Shown here: one piece after another, positions 36,639-49,204 of the stretch
Numbering within the stretch: position 1 is the stretch's first letter
Layout of the letters: every line of letters begins with the position of its first letter
Assembly: GCF_036588685.1 (NCBI RefSeq)
Contig: NC_086384.1
Span: forward strand, 992,001-1,056,000
Direction: 5' to 3'
Length of the DNA: 64,000 nt
Origin: Mytilus trossulus
Lineage: Eukaryota
Notes under the pieces: generated by a model
Told to the model about the DNA's origin: nothing
Seen by the model: only the letters and a program-made list of their open reading frames with translations
Database searches by the model: none
Made by a program: the position numbers and the translations under genes

Positions 36639-38189
36639 ATGTATTTTCCTGTAGTTATTATTTTTCTGACTGCATGCATTTCTGGCACATGTTCATATGG
36701 ATACAGGAGTGGAGTGGCTTCTGGTATTCACCAACTTGGCCGACGTAGATATGAAGGATTTGGACTTAGACCTGGTGTAGGTTCTTTGTTTCTTCTACGA
36801 GGCAAACCCAGTGCTGGTTATGGATCAGTGTCTGTAAGTAATGGTGGATATAATAAAGGACCAGTTGCTGTTAGTGGTGGACAAGGCTCTGGATATGGTA
36901 ACGGAGTTGGTTCAACACTCCCTCTAGGTAATGGAAGTGCCAACGGGACAGTTTCTGGATCTGGACATGAAGCAAACAACAGATTCAGTGGGTACGGTAT
37001 TAATCCACTTGTTAGCGGTGTCTTCGCTGGTGGAAACGGTGGTGTAATTGCTGATGAAAACGGTGGTAGATTCGGTGGTGAAATCGCTGGTGGAAGCGGT
37101 GGTGGATTTAATACTGGAAATGGTGGTAGACAGTCTTTCACAATCGCTCGTGCTCGTGCAAACATTGGAATTAATACTGGAAACGGTGGTAGACTCCCTA
37201 CTGGATTCGCTGGTGGAAGCGGTGGTGGATTTAATACTGGAAATGGTGGTAGACAGTCTTCCACAATCGCTCGTGCTCGTGCAAACATTGGAATTAATAC
37301 TGGAAACGGTGGTAGACTCCCTACTGGATTCGGTGGTGGAAACGATGGTGGATTTAATACTGGAAACGGTGCTGTATTTTCTAGTGGATTCGGTGCTGGA
37401 TTCAGTACTGGAAACGTGGGTGGATTCCCTGGTGGAAACCTCAATGGATTTACTTCTGATAACAATAATGGATTCCCTAATTTTGCTGGGTACCCTACAG
37501 AACCACTTGTTAGCGGTGGATACAACGGATACGGTGGATTTGGTGGATTTGTAGGTGGATACAACGGATACGGTGGATATGGTGGATTTGGTGGTGTATA
37601 CAACGGATACGGTGGATATGATGGATTTGTAGGTGGATACAACGGATACGGTGGATATGATGGATTTGGTGGTGGATATGGTGGATTTGGTGGTGTATAC
37701 AACGGATACGATAGATATAGTAGATACTTAGCTAGATATGGGCCAGTCTTTGGAGCTAGATATCGACCGAACAAAGGATTGCGCAGGGACATAGGATCAG
37801 TTGTTATTAAAGTACGTACCCATACAAAATATAGAAAAAAATCAGACTTTCATATCTCATACATCTCAATGATTGAAGATAAATTGTTACGGTGTTCTGT
37901 CGTTAATAAGATGTTCGTTTGTTATATCCTGGTCTCAATTATAAAAAAAAATGTCAAAAGGGTAGAAATAAAGAAAGTAGTCTCTAATGACACTACGTTT
38001 AATTTCACAGTTGACGATCGCAGACATTAGTTATAACGTTGGGCTATCTCAGTAGAGATTTCCAGAATATTTCCATCATTGCATTAGCATAGAAACAAAA
38101 CAACATCTGAAATGTTCATACGAATACACACACACATATGTCATATTTATATATTTGATGTTTTGTATTTACAGGTGAAAGGATTATAA
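36639..38189 (+). CDS. Secreted Gly/Asn/Tyr-rich structural protein C; join(36639-37811, 38175-38189), 395 aa
   Basis: Acceptor ttttgcag| at 36618; signal peptide MYFPVVIIFLTACISGTCS; 41-aa duplication with TIARARANIG; 13-aa GGYNGYGG(F/Y)xGF repeats; Arg-rich tail; phase-0 donor AAA|GTACGT at 37812 joins exon GTG AAA GGA TTA TAA; AATAAA at 38311. Confidence 0.82.
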
Positions 38190-40039
38190 ACAAAGTCCCT
38201 GAAGACAATGTATTCACAGCAATTTTGTTTATAGATTACAGTCTTCTTTGTAACATGTAATATCATTCTACGACTGTAATATTTAAGCATAACTATATAT
38301 TTAGTTTATAAATAAAGATTAGTCACTTCAGCAATCATAACTTAATGATCTTAGTTGTCTGAAGAAATTGCTCGGCCAATTTATGTTTTCAATTGACCTT
38401 TTATTATTATGGTGATTAAAAATGCATAAAAAAGATACAAGTACATATAAATAAATTCAAAAATAGAATCAGAATAGAAACCATAAACAAAAATTGAAAA
38501 TTATTCATAAAAAAAAAAAAATATAAACAAATTTTGAAAAAATATTAAAAGAAAATCAACATAAATGCTTCAATTTAAAAATTGAACTAGTAGATATATG
38601 TCTAAAAATTTAAAGAGTAAAGGAAATATAAATGAGAAAAAAAAATAAGAAAGTAAAAGAAATGTCTAAAAAAAAATGTGTTAAGGAAATAAAAATGCAA
38701 TACCAAGTTAGTATGATACATTAAAATATACTGACCGACTTTTGGCCGAAAGTTGAATTGATTACGACATTTTCAACGTTCAAATATCGTGGTATACCCT
38801 GGTTTCGCGTGATGGAATGAACTATTTGTGGATTCTTATAAATTCTATATAACTTTTGAACTATTTTAAATATCAGTCTATTTCTCAAATTAATTCTTAC
38901 ATACTTTCATTTTTTTAGCCTGTATGCTAGCAGTGCCTATGTGAAATTATTAAACGACAATAACGTACAAAATTTTCTAACGAAATCAATGAATGTGTTT
39001 GTAGATAGAAGATTTTTTGTCTTCTGTTAATTTGTTCCTTTTAAAATTGGAACACGATGATGACTGCTGAAGCCATACTTTGAATATTCTTTTTATAATA
39101 AAATTGAGAAAGGAAATGGGGAATAAAGAGACAACAACCCAACCATAGAAAAAAACAACAGCAGAAGTTCACCAACAGGTTTTCAATGTAGCGAGATATT
39201 CCCGCACCCGGAATCGTCCTTCAGCTGGCCCCTAAACAAATTTATACTAGTTCAGTGATAATGAACGCCATACTAATTTCCAAATTGTACACAAGAAACA
39301 AAAATTGAAATAATACAAAACAAACACAGGCCAGAGGCTCCTCACTTGGGACAGGTGCAAAAATGAAGCAGGGTTAAACATGTTTATGAGATCTCAACCC
39401 TCCCCCTATACCTCTAGCCAATGTCTGTTTAGTTCACGTGTCATTGTAAATATATCGGAATTTGATGAGACTGTCATCAAAATAAGAGGTTCAGTGCTTT
39501 AAAACAAGGTTTAATCCCCCATTTTCTGCATTTTAAAATGCATGTGCCAAGTCAGGAATATGACAGTTCTTGTCGATTCGTTTTTGATGTGTTTTGTCAT
39601 TTGATTTTGTAATGTGGTTTCGACTTTCCGATTTAATTTCATCTGAGTTCAGTATTTTTACTTTTTCCCCCTTACCAATGAACGTGTAACCATCAAAAGC
39701 AATAACTGCCTGTAAAAAGCACCAGAATGATAATCAGAGAGGTCAACCAATTCTGTTCGGCACGTTTTGGGGTTCTGTTTTTTACCTTCTGATTTTACCG
39801 TTGTTCCGCCCATATTTTGGCAATTATGCGGTTGAAGCTTTAAGGCTCTAAATGTTTTTTCTGCAGTTGATTTTTTGTCAGTTCAGTTAATGGGAAACAT
39901 TTATGGCATAAACCTGTGCAAAATGGCATTAAGCAATTTGATTAGCAGTTGACGTTGTGGCCGTAGGTCTGTCTCTCAACTGACTCATCATTTAAAAGTA
40001 GAAAGACAGAATTAGCAGTAAAAGTAAACTAATCATCAT

Positions 40040-40400
40040 TCTTCATCCGTAATCTAAAAATTAGTAAAAGAAAGAGCCTAACAAAAAACAGCTAGACCAA
40101 CACTAGAATACTGCTGCACAGTTTGGGATCCACACACCTCAGAAAATATATATAGATTAGAACAAAAACAAAGAAGAGCTGCACGATATACTTCCAACAG
40201 ATATCACAATACCAGCAGTGTATCTAAAATTCTATAAAATCTGAAATGGCAAACCTTACAAGAATGCAGACTAAAAACCAAACTTTCAAAGTTCCATAAA
40301 GTCATCTACAAAAAAAAATGTAACACCACCGCAAGATAAACTTCTAAACAAACAGTCTAAAACAAGATCTACGCATCAACCCGATACCTCAAACCAAACC
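40040..40400 (+). pseudogene. Non-LTR retrotransposon (CR1/L2-like LINE) RT C-terminal fragment
   Basis: From 40094 it reads RPTLEYCCTVWDPHTSENIYRLEQKQRRAARY...SVSKIL*NLKWQTLQE. Confidence 0.8.
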
Positions 40401-40816
40401 TGTACAGACAACTTTATGGATGCACTCACTCATAAGGTCCTCCTAAAAACATTATATCACCTAAACTAAATGTGCTCATCGTTTTTATCTTATGGTTATA
40501 GAAAAAATATATAAATAATGTAAAAATGAAAACTTTAAAACTTAAAACTACCTCATACAGGTATGCGCCGGAAAGCAATCTTCAAAAAATTGATTGAATG
40601 TATTCCGTAACTTAAGTAGAAGAAGAAGACTTTTAATTGGGTTAAAAGCCTACCTTGTTTAACATTTTAAACAATTTCTAGATACAATCGCAAAACATGG
40701 AATATTATTATTACTCATTTTAATTACATGATTTAATTTTGATTTGTATTATCAATCAGTCCGGTGTCCTTAGCTTGTTATCGTTTGTTGCTGTACATTA
40801 TTGTTCTTATTGTTAT

Positions 40817-41061
40817 TGGACGAATAACCTAAACGGATATGACGTCAATACCGGTATTTTTATTTATGGCATATTAAAAAGATGACGACTGGCAGTTACA
40901 CAAAAGGCAATTGACATAAGACTGTCAACTTTGATGTTGTTTTGACCTTGAAGAAAGGTGATCGAATCTACATTAGATGTAAGGGAGGTCATTATAGCCA
41001 TGACAGTCAAAGAATCTTCAGTGGTGGTAATGACTTTAGTACATTTTCTGGATATCTTATT
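40817..41061 (+). pseudogene. Truncated, internally deleted copy of the C1q-domain exon
   Basis: High nucleotide similarity to 48880-49198 with a ~70-nt deletion and an in-frame stop; downstream flank also matches about 49560-49635. Confidence 0.88.
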
Positions 41062-41439
41062 CGTTCATTTTTTTATCGTTTTGTTGGTTAGTTTTGAAAG
41101 GTATTCTGTGACTTTTAGATATAATTAAAACTTACCAAAGATTCCCGAACATAAATTTGCAGTCTACAGCATGTAGACAAGACGCTCGAACCAAAACAAA
41201 CTAACACATTACAAAATTACAAAGTGTGGTTTTAATGAAATGCTTTTCTGCACTTAAAACATTTATATTTTTTGTAATTCCAGTGTTTGTTTGTTTGTAA
41301 AATATAGAAAATAAGATTTGGTATGATTGTGAATGAGAAACATCTTCACACAAGACAAAATAACACAGAATTAAAAACTATAGGTCACCATACGGCCTTC
41401 AACAACGAACAAAGCCCATACCGCATAGTCAGCTATACA

Positions 41440-41730
41440 AAATTTGTTTGCTGGTGGATTTTTTGTCACAGTAAGAAAATCAATTATCGAAACCTCCCAT
41501 CACCTGCTTCATGTAATAAGTAAAAGCATGTCTTCTCATAACAGTTTTCGGTAAGTGGCTGCAAATTAAACCTTGTCCGTGTTTATCTTTCGGGTGATCT
41601 TTTATAAGCGATGCGTCTTGATACCTAACAGGACACATTGAAGTAAATTATTTGAGTGAAATCCTTTGTGTCTTAAAAGGAACTGCCCTATGAATTCACA
41701 TTCTATGCATTTATGGAGTTCTGTTTTTCA
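41440..41730 (-). pseudogene. Decayed C2H2 zinc-finger coding fragment
   Basis: Frameshifted reads HKCIECEFIGQFLLRHKGFH, RYQDASLIKDHPKDKH and SYCDKK. Confidence 0.4.
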
Positions 41731-43050
41731 TCAAACACGTTTTTCTCATTCCCCGAGTCTTTCATCGTCGATCCAACTACTCCTTCTTCTACAATAGCCT
41801 GTAAATTACCAGAAATATTTTCTAACACTTTCAGACATTGTATAATTCAAAACAACATTACCAATATAGCATCTTCTATAAAATAGAAAGCATTTAATTC
41901 TAAATTTACAAAAGAAAAACGTAGTAGTACATGTTTTACACGTACTTAAACTTTTGTTCTTCGTCACTGGCTAGTTTTGTGTGGACGAAACGCGCGTCTA
42001 GCGTGGCGTATAAAATTTTAAGCATGGTACCTTTTGTTAGCTATAATTCGTGTGTTTCTCTGTCCTATATGTTCTCCCATTTATTTGTATTGTACTCCTG
42101 TCTTGTAATGTTGTCTTTTTAATGTTATATCTAACATTGCCATAAAAGCGAGATGTTTGACATGCCACAAAACCATGTTCAAACCCATCATTTGTTTCTT
42201 AAAATATCCTGTACCAAGTCAGGAAAATTGTTATTGTTATATTATAAATCGTTTCTGTGTGTGTTACATTTTATTGTTGTGTTTCTGTTGTGTCGTAATT
42301 CTCCTCTTATATTTGATGCTGTTTCCTCAGTTTTAATTTGTTACCCAGATTTGTTTTGTTCTCAATCGATTTATGAATTTCAAACAGCGGTAAACTATTG
42401 TTGCCTTTATTTGCTATTATTTTGATATTGGGAATATTTCTAGACTGAATGTTTTGGTTTATTATTGCGACTCAACATAAGAAACAGTTTTCTCGATTAT
42501 CACTTCCCATAAACTGATTATTATATGGGGGTTTTTTTTTTTGTTTTTTTTATCATTTTTTCTTATTTATATTATCTTAAATTCGGCCTTGTATTTGGTT
42601 AAAAACCTACATGGTTGAAACAATTTGTAGATACAACTGCATAACATGAAATATCATTATCCCTCCTTCATTTTACATTATTTTATCACTTTACTCAATA
42701 TTATCTAAGACTTGAGTACTAGTTTATTAAAGAATGTTTTGTCTGATCTTTGAAATATACATTGAATTGTTAAAATATTTGAATAAGCTGCGACATAACC
42801 TTTTTGTGCTAAGGTGGCGTTATACAAATAATTATCAATCAATCATTATTATGTTATTGAGTTCAATTATCAATATAGCTAGTGTCCTGAACCTGTTATT
42901 CTGTGGTTATAGTTTGTTGCTATATATTATATTTTCATTGTTTTGTACTTAACCAAGTCGATATTTCAATCATTTTACATTAATTTTGTTTTCTTAACAG
43001 TGTAATATAAACGTTTAAACTCTTCGCAAAACTGACGGTTTTTTGTGTGT

Positions 43051-46000
43051 GGGGCTAATAACTGGCGGTAACAGTAGTTTATCGTCTCAATCTCTAGGGC
43101 AGAGTTAATAACTGACGGTAACAGTAGTTTATCGTCTCAATCTCTAGGGCAGAGTTAATAACTGACGGTAACAGTAGTTTATCGTCTCAATCTCTAGGGC
43201 AGGGCTAATAACTGACGGTAACAGTAGTTTATCGTCTCAATCTCTAGGGCAGGGCTAATAACTGACGGTAACAGTAGTTTATCGTCTCAATCTCTAGGGC
43301 AGGGCTAATAACTGACGGTAACAGTAGTTTATCGTCTCAATCTCTAGGGCAGGGCTAATAACTGACGGTAACAGTAGTTTATCGTCTCAATCTCTAGGGC
43401 AGAGTTAATAACTGACGGTAACAGTAGTTTATCGTCTCAATCTCTAGGGCAGAGTTAATAACTGACGGTAACAGTAGTTTATCGTCTCAATCTCTAGGGC
43501 AGGGCTAATAACTGACGGTAACAGTAGTTTATCGTCTCAATCTCTAGGGCAGGGCTAATAACTGACGGTAACAGTAGTTTATCGTCTCAATCTCTAGGGC
43601 AGGGCTAATAACTGACGGTAACAGTAGTTTATCGTCTCAATCTCTAGGGCAGAGTTAATAACTGACGGTAACAGTAGTTTATCGTCTCAATCTCTAGGGC
43701 AGAGTTAATAACTGACGGTAACAGTAGTTTATCGTCTCAATCTCTAGGGCAGGGCTAATAACTGACGGTAACAGTAGTTTATCGTCTCAATCTCTAGGGC
43801 AGAGTTAATAACTGACGGTAACAGTAGTTTATCGTCTCAATCTCTAGGGCAGAGTTAATAACTGACGGTAACAGTAGTTTATCGTCTCAATCTCTAGGGC
43901 AGAGTTAATAACTGACGGTAACAGTAGTTTATCGTCTCAATCTCTAGGGCAGAGTTAATAACTGACGGTAACAGTAGTTTATCGTCTCAATCTCTAGGGC
44001 AGAGTTAATAACTGACGGTAACAGTAGTTTATCGTCTCAATCTCTAGGGCAGAGTTAATAACTGACGGTAACAGTAGTTTATCGTCTCAATCTCTAGGGC
44101 AGAGTTAATAACTGACGGTAACAGTAGTTTATCGTCTCAATCTCTAGGGCAGAGTTAATAACTGACGGTAACAGTAGTTTATCGTCTCAATCTCTAGGGC
44201 AGAGCTAATAACTGACGGTAACAGTAGTTTATCGTCTCAATCTCTAGGGCAGAGTTAATAACTGACGGTAACAGTAGTTTATCGTCTCAATCTCTAGGGC
44301 AGAGTTAATAACTGACGGTAACAGTAGTTTATCGTCTCAATCTCTAGGGCAGAGTTAATAACTGACGGTAACAGTAGTTTATCGTCTCAATCTCTAGGGC
44401 AGAGCTAATAACTGACGGTAACAGTAGTTTATCGTCTCAATCTCTAGGGCAGAGTTAATAACTGACGGTAACAGTAGTTTATCGTCTCAATCTCTAGGGC
44501 AGAGTTAATAACTGACGGTAACAGTAGTTTATCGTCTCAATCTCTAGGGCAGAGTTAATAACTGACGGTAACAGTAGTTTATCGTCTCAATCTCTAGGGC
44601 AGAGTTAATAACTGACGGTAACAGTAGTTTATCGTCTCAATCTCTAGGGCAGAGTTAATAACTGACGGTAACAGTAGTTTATCGTCTCAATCTCTAGGGC
44701 AGAGTTAATAACTGACGGTAACAGTAGTTTATCGTCTCAATCTCTAGGGCAGGGCTAATAACTGACGGTAACAGTAGTTTATCGTCTCAATCTCTAGGGC
44801 AGAGTTAATAACTGACGGTAACAGTAGTTTATCGTCTCAATCTCTAGGGCAGGGCTAATAACTGACGGTAACAGTAGTTTATCGTCTCAATCTCTAGGGC
44901 AGAGTTAATAACTGACGGTAACAGTAGTTTATCGTCTCAATCTCTAGGGCAGAGTTAATAACTGACGGTAACAGTAGTTTATCGTCTCAATCTCTAGGGC
45001 AGAGTTAATAACTGACGGTAACAGTAGTTTATCGTCTCAATCTCTAGGGCAGGGCTAATAACTGACGGTAACAGTAGTTTATCGTCTCAATCTCTAGGGC
45101 AGAGTTAATAACTGACGGTAACAGTAGTTTATCGTCTCAATCTCTAGGGCAGGGCTAATAACTGACGGTAACAGTAGTTTATCGTCTCAATCTCTAGGGC
45201 AGAGTTAATAACTGACGGTAACAGTAGTTTATCGTCTCAATCTCTAGGGCAGAGTTAATAACTGACGGTAACAGTAGTTTATCGTCTCAATCTCTAGGGC
45301 AGAGTTAATAACTGACGGTAACAGTAGTTTATCGTCTCAATCTCTAGGGCAGAGCTAATAACTGACGGTAACAGTAGTTTATCGTCTCAATCTCTAGGGC
45401 AGAGTTAATAACTGACGGTAACAGTAGTTTATCGTCTCAATCTCTAGGGCAGAGTTAATAACTGACGGTAACAGTAGTTTATCGTCTCAATCTCTAGGGC
45501 AGAGTTAATAACTGACGGTAACAGTAGTTTATCGTCTCAATCTCTAGGGCAGAGTTAATAACTGACGGTAACAGTAGTTTATCGTCTCAATCTCTAGGGC
45601 AGAGCTAATAACTGACGGTAACAGTAGTTTATCGTCTCAATCTCTAGGGCAGAGCTAATAACTGACGGTAACAGTAGTTTATCGTCTCAATCTCTAGGGC
45701 AGAGTTAATAACTGACGGTAACAGTAGTTTATCGTCTCAATCTCTAGGGCAGAGCTAATAACTGACGGTAACAGTAGTTTATCGTCTCAATCTCTAGGGC
45801 AGAGTTAATAACTGACGGTAACAGTAGTTTATCGTCTCAATCTCTAGGGCAGAGTTAATAACTGACGGTAACAGTAGTTTATCGTCTCAATCTCTAGGGC
45901 AGAGCTAATAACTGACGGTAACAGTAGTTTATCGTCTCAATCTCTAGGGCAGAGTTAATAACTGACGGTAACAGTAGTTTATCGTCTCAATCTCTAGGGC

Positions 46001-47606
46001 AGAGTTAATAACTGACGGTAACAGTAGTTTATCGTCTCAATCTCTAGGGCAGAGTTAATAACTGACGGTAACAGTAGTTTATCGTCTCAATCTCTAGGGC
46101 AGAGTTAATAACTGACGGTAACAGTAGTTTATCGTCTCAATCTCTAGGGCAGAGTTAATAACTGACGGTAACAGTAGTTTATCGTCTCAATCTCTAGGGC
46201 AGAGTTAATAACTGACGGTAACAGTAGTTTATCGTCTCAATCTCTAGGGCAGAGTTAATAACTGACGGTAACAGTAGTTTATCGTCTCAATCTCTAGGGC
46301 AGAGTTAATAACTGACGGTAACAGTAGTTTATCGTCTCAATCTCTAGGGCAGAGCTAATAACTGACGGTAACAGTAGTTTATCGTCTCAATCTCTAGGGC
46401 AGAGTTAATAACTGACGGTAACAGTAGTTTATCGTCTCAATCTCTAGGGCAGAGTTAATAACTGACGGTAACAGTAGTTTATCGTCTCAATCTCTAGGGC
46501 AGAGTTAATAACTGACGGTAACAGTAGTTTATCGTCTCAATCTCTAGGGCAGAGTTAATAACTGACGGTAACAGTAGTTTATCGTCTCAATCTCTAGGGC
46601 AGAGCTAATAACTGACGGTAACAGTAGTTTATCGTCTCAATCTCTAGGGCAGAGTTAATAACTGACGGTAACAGTAGTTTATCGTCTCAATCTCTAGGGC
46701 AGAGTTAATAACTGACGGTAACAGTAGTTTATCGTCTCAATCTCTAGGGCAGAGTTAATAACTGACGGTAACAGTAGTTTATCGTCTCAATCTCTAGGGC
46801 AGAGTTAATAACTGACGGTAACAGTAGTTTATCGTCTCAATCTCTAGGGCAGAGCTAATAACTGACGGTAACAGTAGTTTATCGTCTCAATCTCTAGGGC
46901 AGAGTTAATAACTGACGGTAACAGTAGTTTATCGTCTCAATCTCTAGGGCAGAGTTAATAACTGACGGTAACAGTAGTTTATCGTCTCAATCTCTAGGGC
47001 AGAGTTAATAACTGACGGTAACAGTAGTTTATCGTCTCAATCTCTAGGGCAGAGCTAATAACTGACGGTAACAGTAGTTTATCGTCTCAATCTCTAGGGC
47101 AGAGTTAATAACTGACGGTAACAGTAGTTTATCGTCTCAATCTCTAGGGCAGAGTTAATAACTGACGGTAACAGTAGTTTATCGTCTCAATCTCTAGGGC
47201 AGAGCTAATAACTGACGGTAACAGTAGTTTATCGTCTCAATCTCTAGGGCAGAGTTAATAACTGACGGTAACAGTAGTTTATCGTCTCAATCTCTAGGGC
47301 AGAGTTAATAACTGACGGTAACAGTAGTTTATCGTCTCAATCTCTAGGGCAGAGCTAATAACTGACGGTAACAGTAGTTTATCGTCTCAATCTCTAGGGC
47401 AGAGTTAATAACTGACGGTAACAGTAGTTTATCGTCTCAATCTCTAGGGCAGAGTTAATAACTGACGGTAACAGTAGTTTATCGTCTCAATCTCTAGGGC
47501 AGAGTTAATAACTGACGGTAACAGTAGTTTATCGTCTCAATCTCTAGGGCAGGGCTAATAACTGACGGTAACAGTAGTTTATCGTCTCAATCTCTAGGGC
47601 AGAGTT
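43051..47606. repeat. 50-bp satellite, about 91 near-identical copies
   Basis: Unit ag(a/g)g(t/c)taataactgacggtaacagtagtttatcgtctcaatctctagggc. Confidence 0.98.
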
Positions 47607-47939
47607 GCATCATATCACATTTTCAGATCTTTAACTAAAAGGTTTTGGCTCGCATAGTTATATTTTCTGCAATTTATATTAAAACAAATCATTAAAAATT
47701 AATATGGCCTTTAGTTTTGAGCTTTACCTCGTGCGAGATTTTCCAGAAACATTTGCCATACGTTCTGTAACACGATTAAACAGCTGTTACATAGTGACAC
47801 GAAAATGTTAAACATATCAAGTTATCATTTAATAACAAACAGAAACTGTACTTGTGCATATGTGAATAAAAGAACTTTTCTACAATCACAGGTTAAAACC
47901 TCTTTGTTTTACGTTGCAATCCAGTTTTCAAGTGGAATA

Positions 47940-49204
47940 ATGTACATAATTCCACTCATATCATTTATTCTTTTGTCGTTACCAGGGCATATATGTGTCG
48001 TCAACAGCTCATTTAGCTCTGAACTTGGTAAGTTATCATCAAACCTATCTTATAATTTTTTTATTTTGTACAATCATGTAAAGTTTTTGGTAAACGCAAA
48101 ATCATTGCATGATATTCTACATTTAGCTACAATGTGAAATACATTTAGTACCAACAATCTAAGAAATTACTGTTTCTGATCTTGTGAACTTAATTAACAG
48201 AAATATCTAACGATGTAGAGCATAATCTTTAGTTTCTTTCAACAAACAGATATGAATATTCAAATATTTTAATCCGATGAAGTGAATTCAAAAATCTTTC
48301 GGACGCATACAACTAAACTAGCGTTTTTAACTACATTTTTACAAAGTTGTATTTCTATATTAACAGAGTCATTGTTTGATGACATTATTAGAATAATACA
48401 GAAGCTGAAAGGAACAGGTACTGATTTTTATTTTTGTTGGTATTTTTATGTCGTATATTATTTTCTTCATGCTTCGTTCATCTGTGTTGGTTCACATGCT
48501 TTTTTTCGTATTATATTTATAGTTTTTTTTGCTTGAAATAATTCTTATTTTTAAATTTTGAACTTCTTAAAATTGGTTAACTAATTTATACCCCCTCGAC
48601 ATTTAGATATCTGGTGCTTGAACAAATTATATAGAAGCTTACTATTTGGTTTGAATGATTATCATTTAGCGTATTGTTTCTTTATAGAAAAATGCTTTTA
48701 AATAAATTAAATATTTACTATAAATATGTCAATATCAATATAAAAAGCTCTATATTATTTTTTTAAGGGCATGTAGGACAAGGAGGAGATCTGATGCAAA
48801 AAGACATACCTGCATTCTCCGCTTATCTGGATTTTGTACAATATGTACCACCCAACGTTATTGTAAAATTCAATAAGGTTTGGACGAATAACCTGAACGG
48901 ATATGACGTCAATACTGGTATATTTACTGCTCCAATGCGAGGTCTTTATCACTTCTCTGCAGTTTTCATGTCAGAAATGGGGAAAACATTATATCTACAT
49001 TTATGGCATAATAAAAAAATGACGGCTGGCAGTTACACAAACGGCGATGGGCTTAAGACTGGTACCTTTGATGTTGTTTTGACCTTGAAGAAAGGTGATC
49101 GAATCTACATAAGGTGTAAGGGAGGTCATTATAGCCATGACAGTCAAAGAATCTTCAGTGATGGTGATAACTATAGTACATTTTCTGGATACCGTATCGC
49201 CTAA
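47940..49204 (+). CDS. Secreted globular C1q-domain-containing protein 1; join(47940-48027, 48367-48417, 48768-49204), 191 aa
   Basis: Signal peptide exon; two phase-1 introns; C1q motifs PAFSAYL, F..V.TN..NGYD..TGIFTAP..GLYHF, L.KGD.I.I, STFSGY; no collagen region. Confidence 0.9.

Noticed and set aside
36818-37792. 324-aa Pro-rich antisense ORF and 168-aa alternative-frame ORF (37048-37554)
   Set aside because: Shadows of Gly codon repeats (GGN read as NCC); no independent gene signals
43051-47606. CRISPR array or ribozyme-bearing repeat
   Set aside because: No unique spacers, no cas genes, eukaryotic context; no CTGAnGA...GAAA core on either strand
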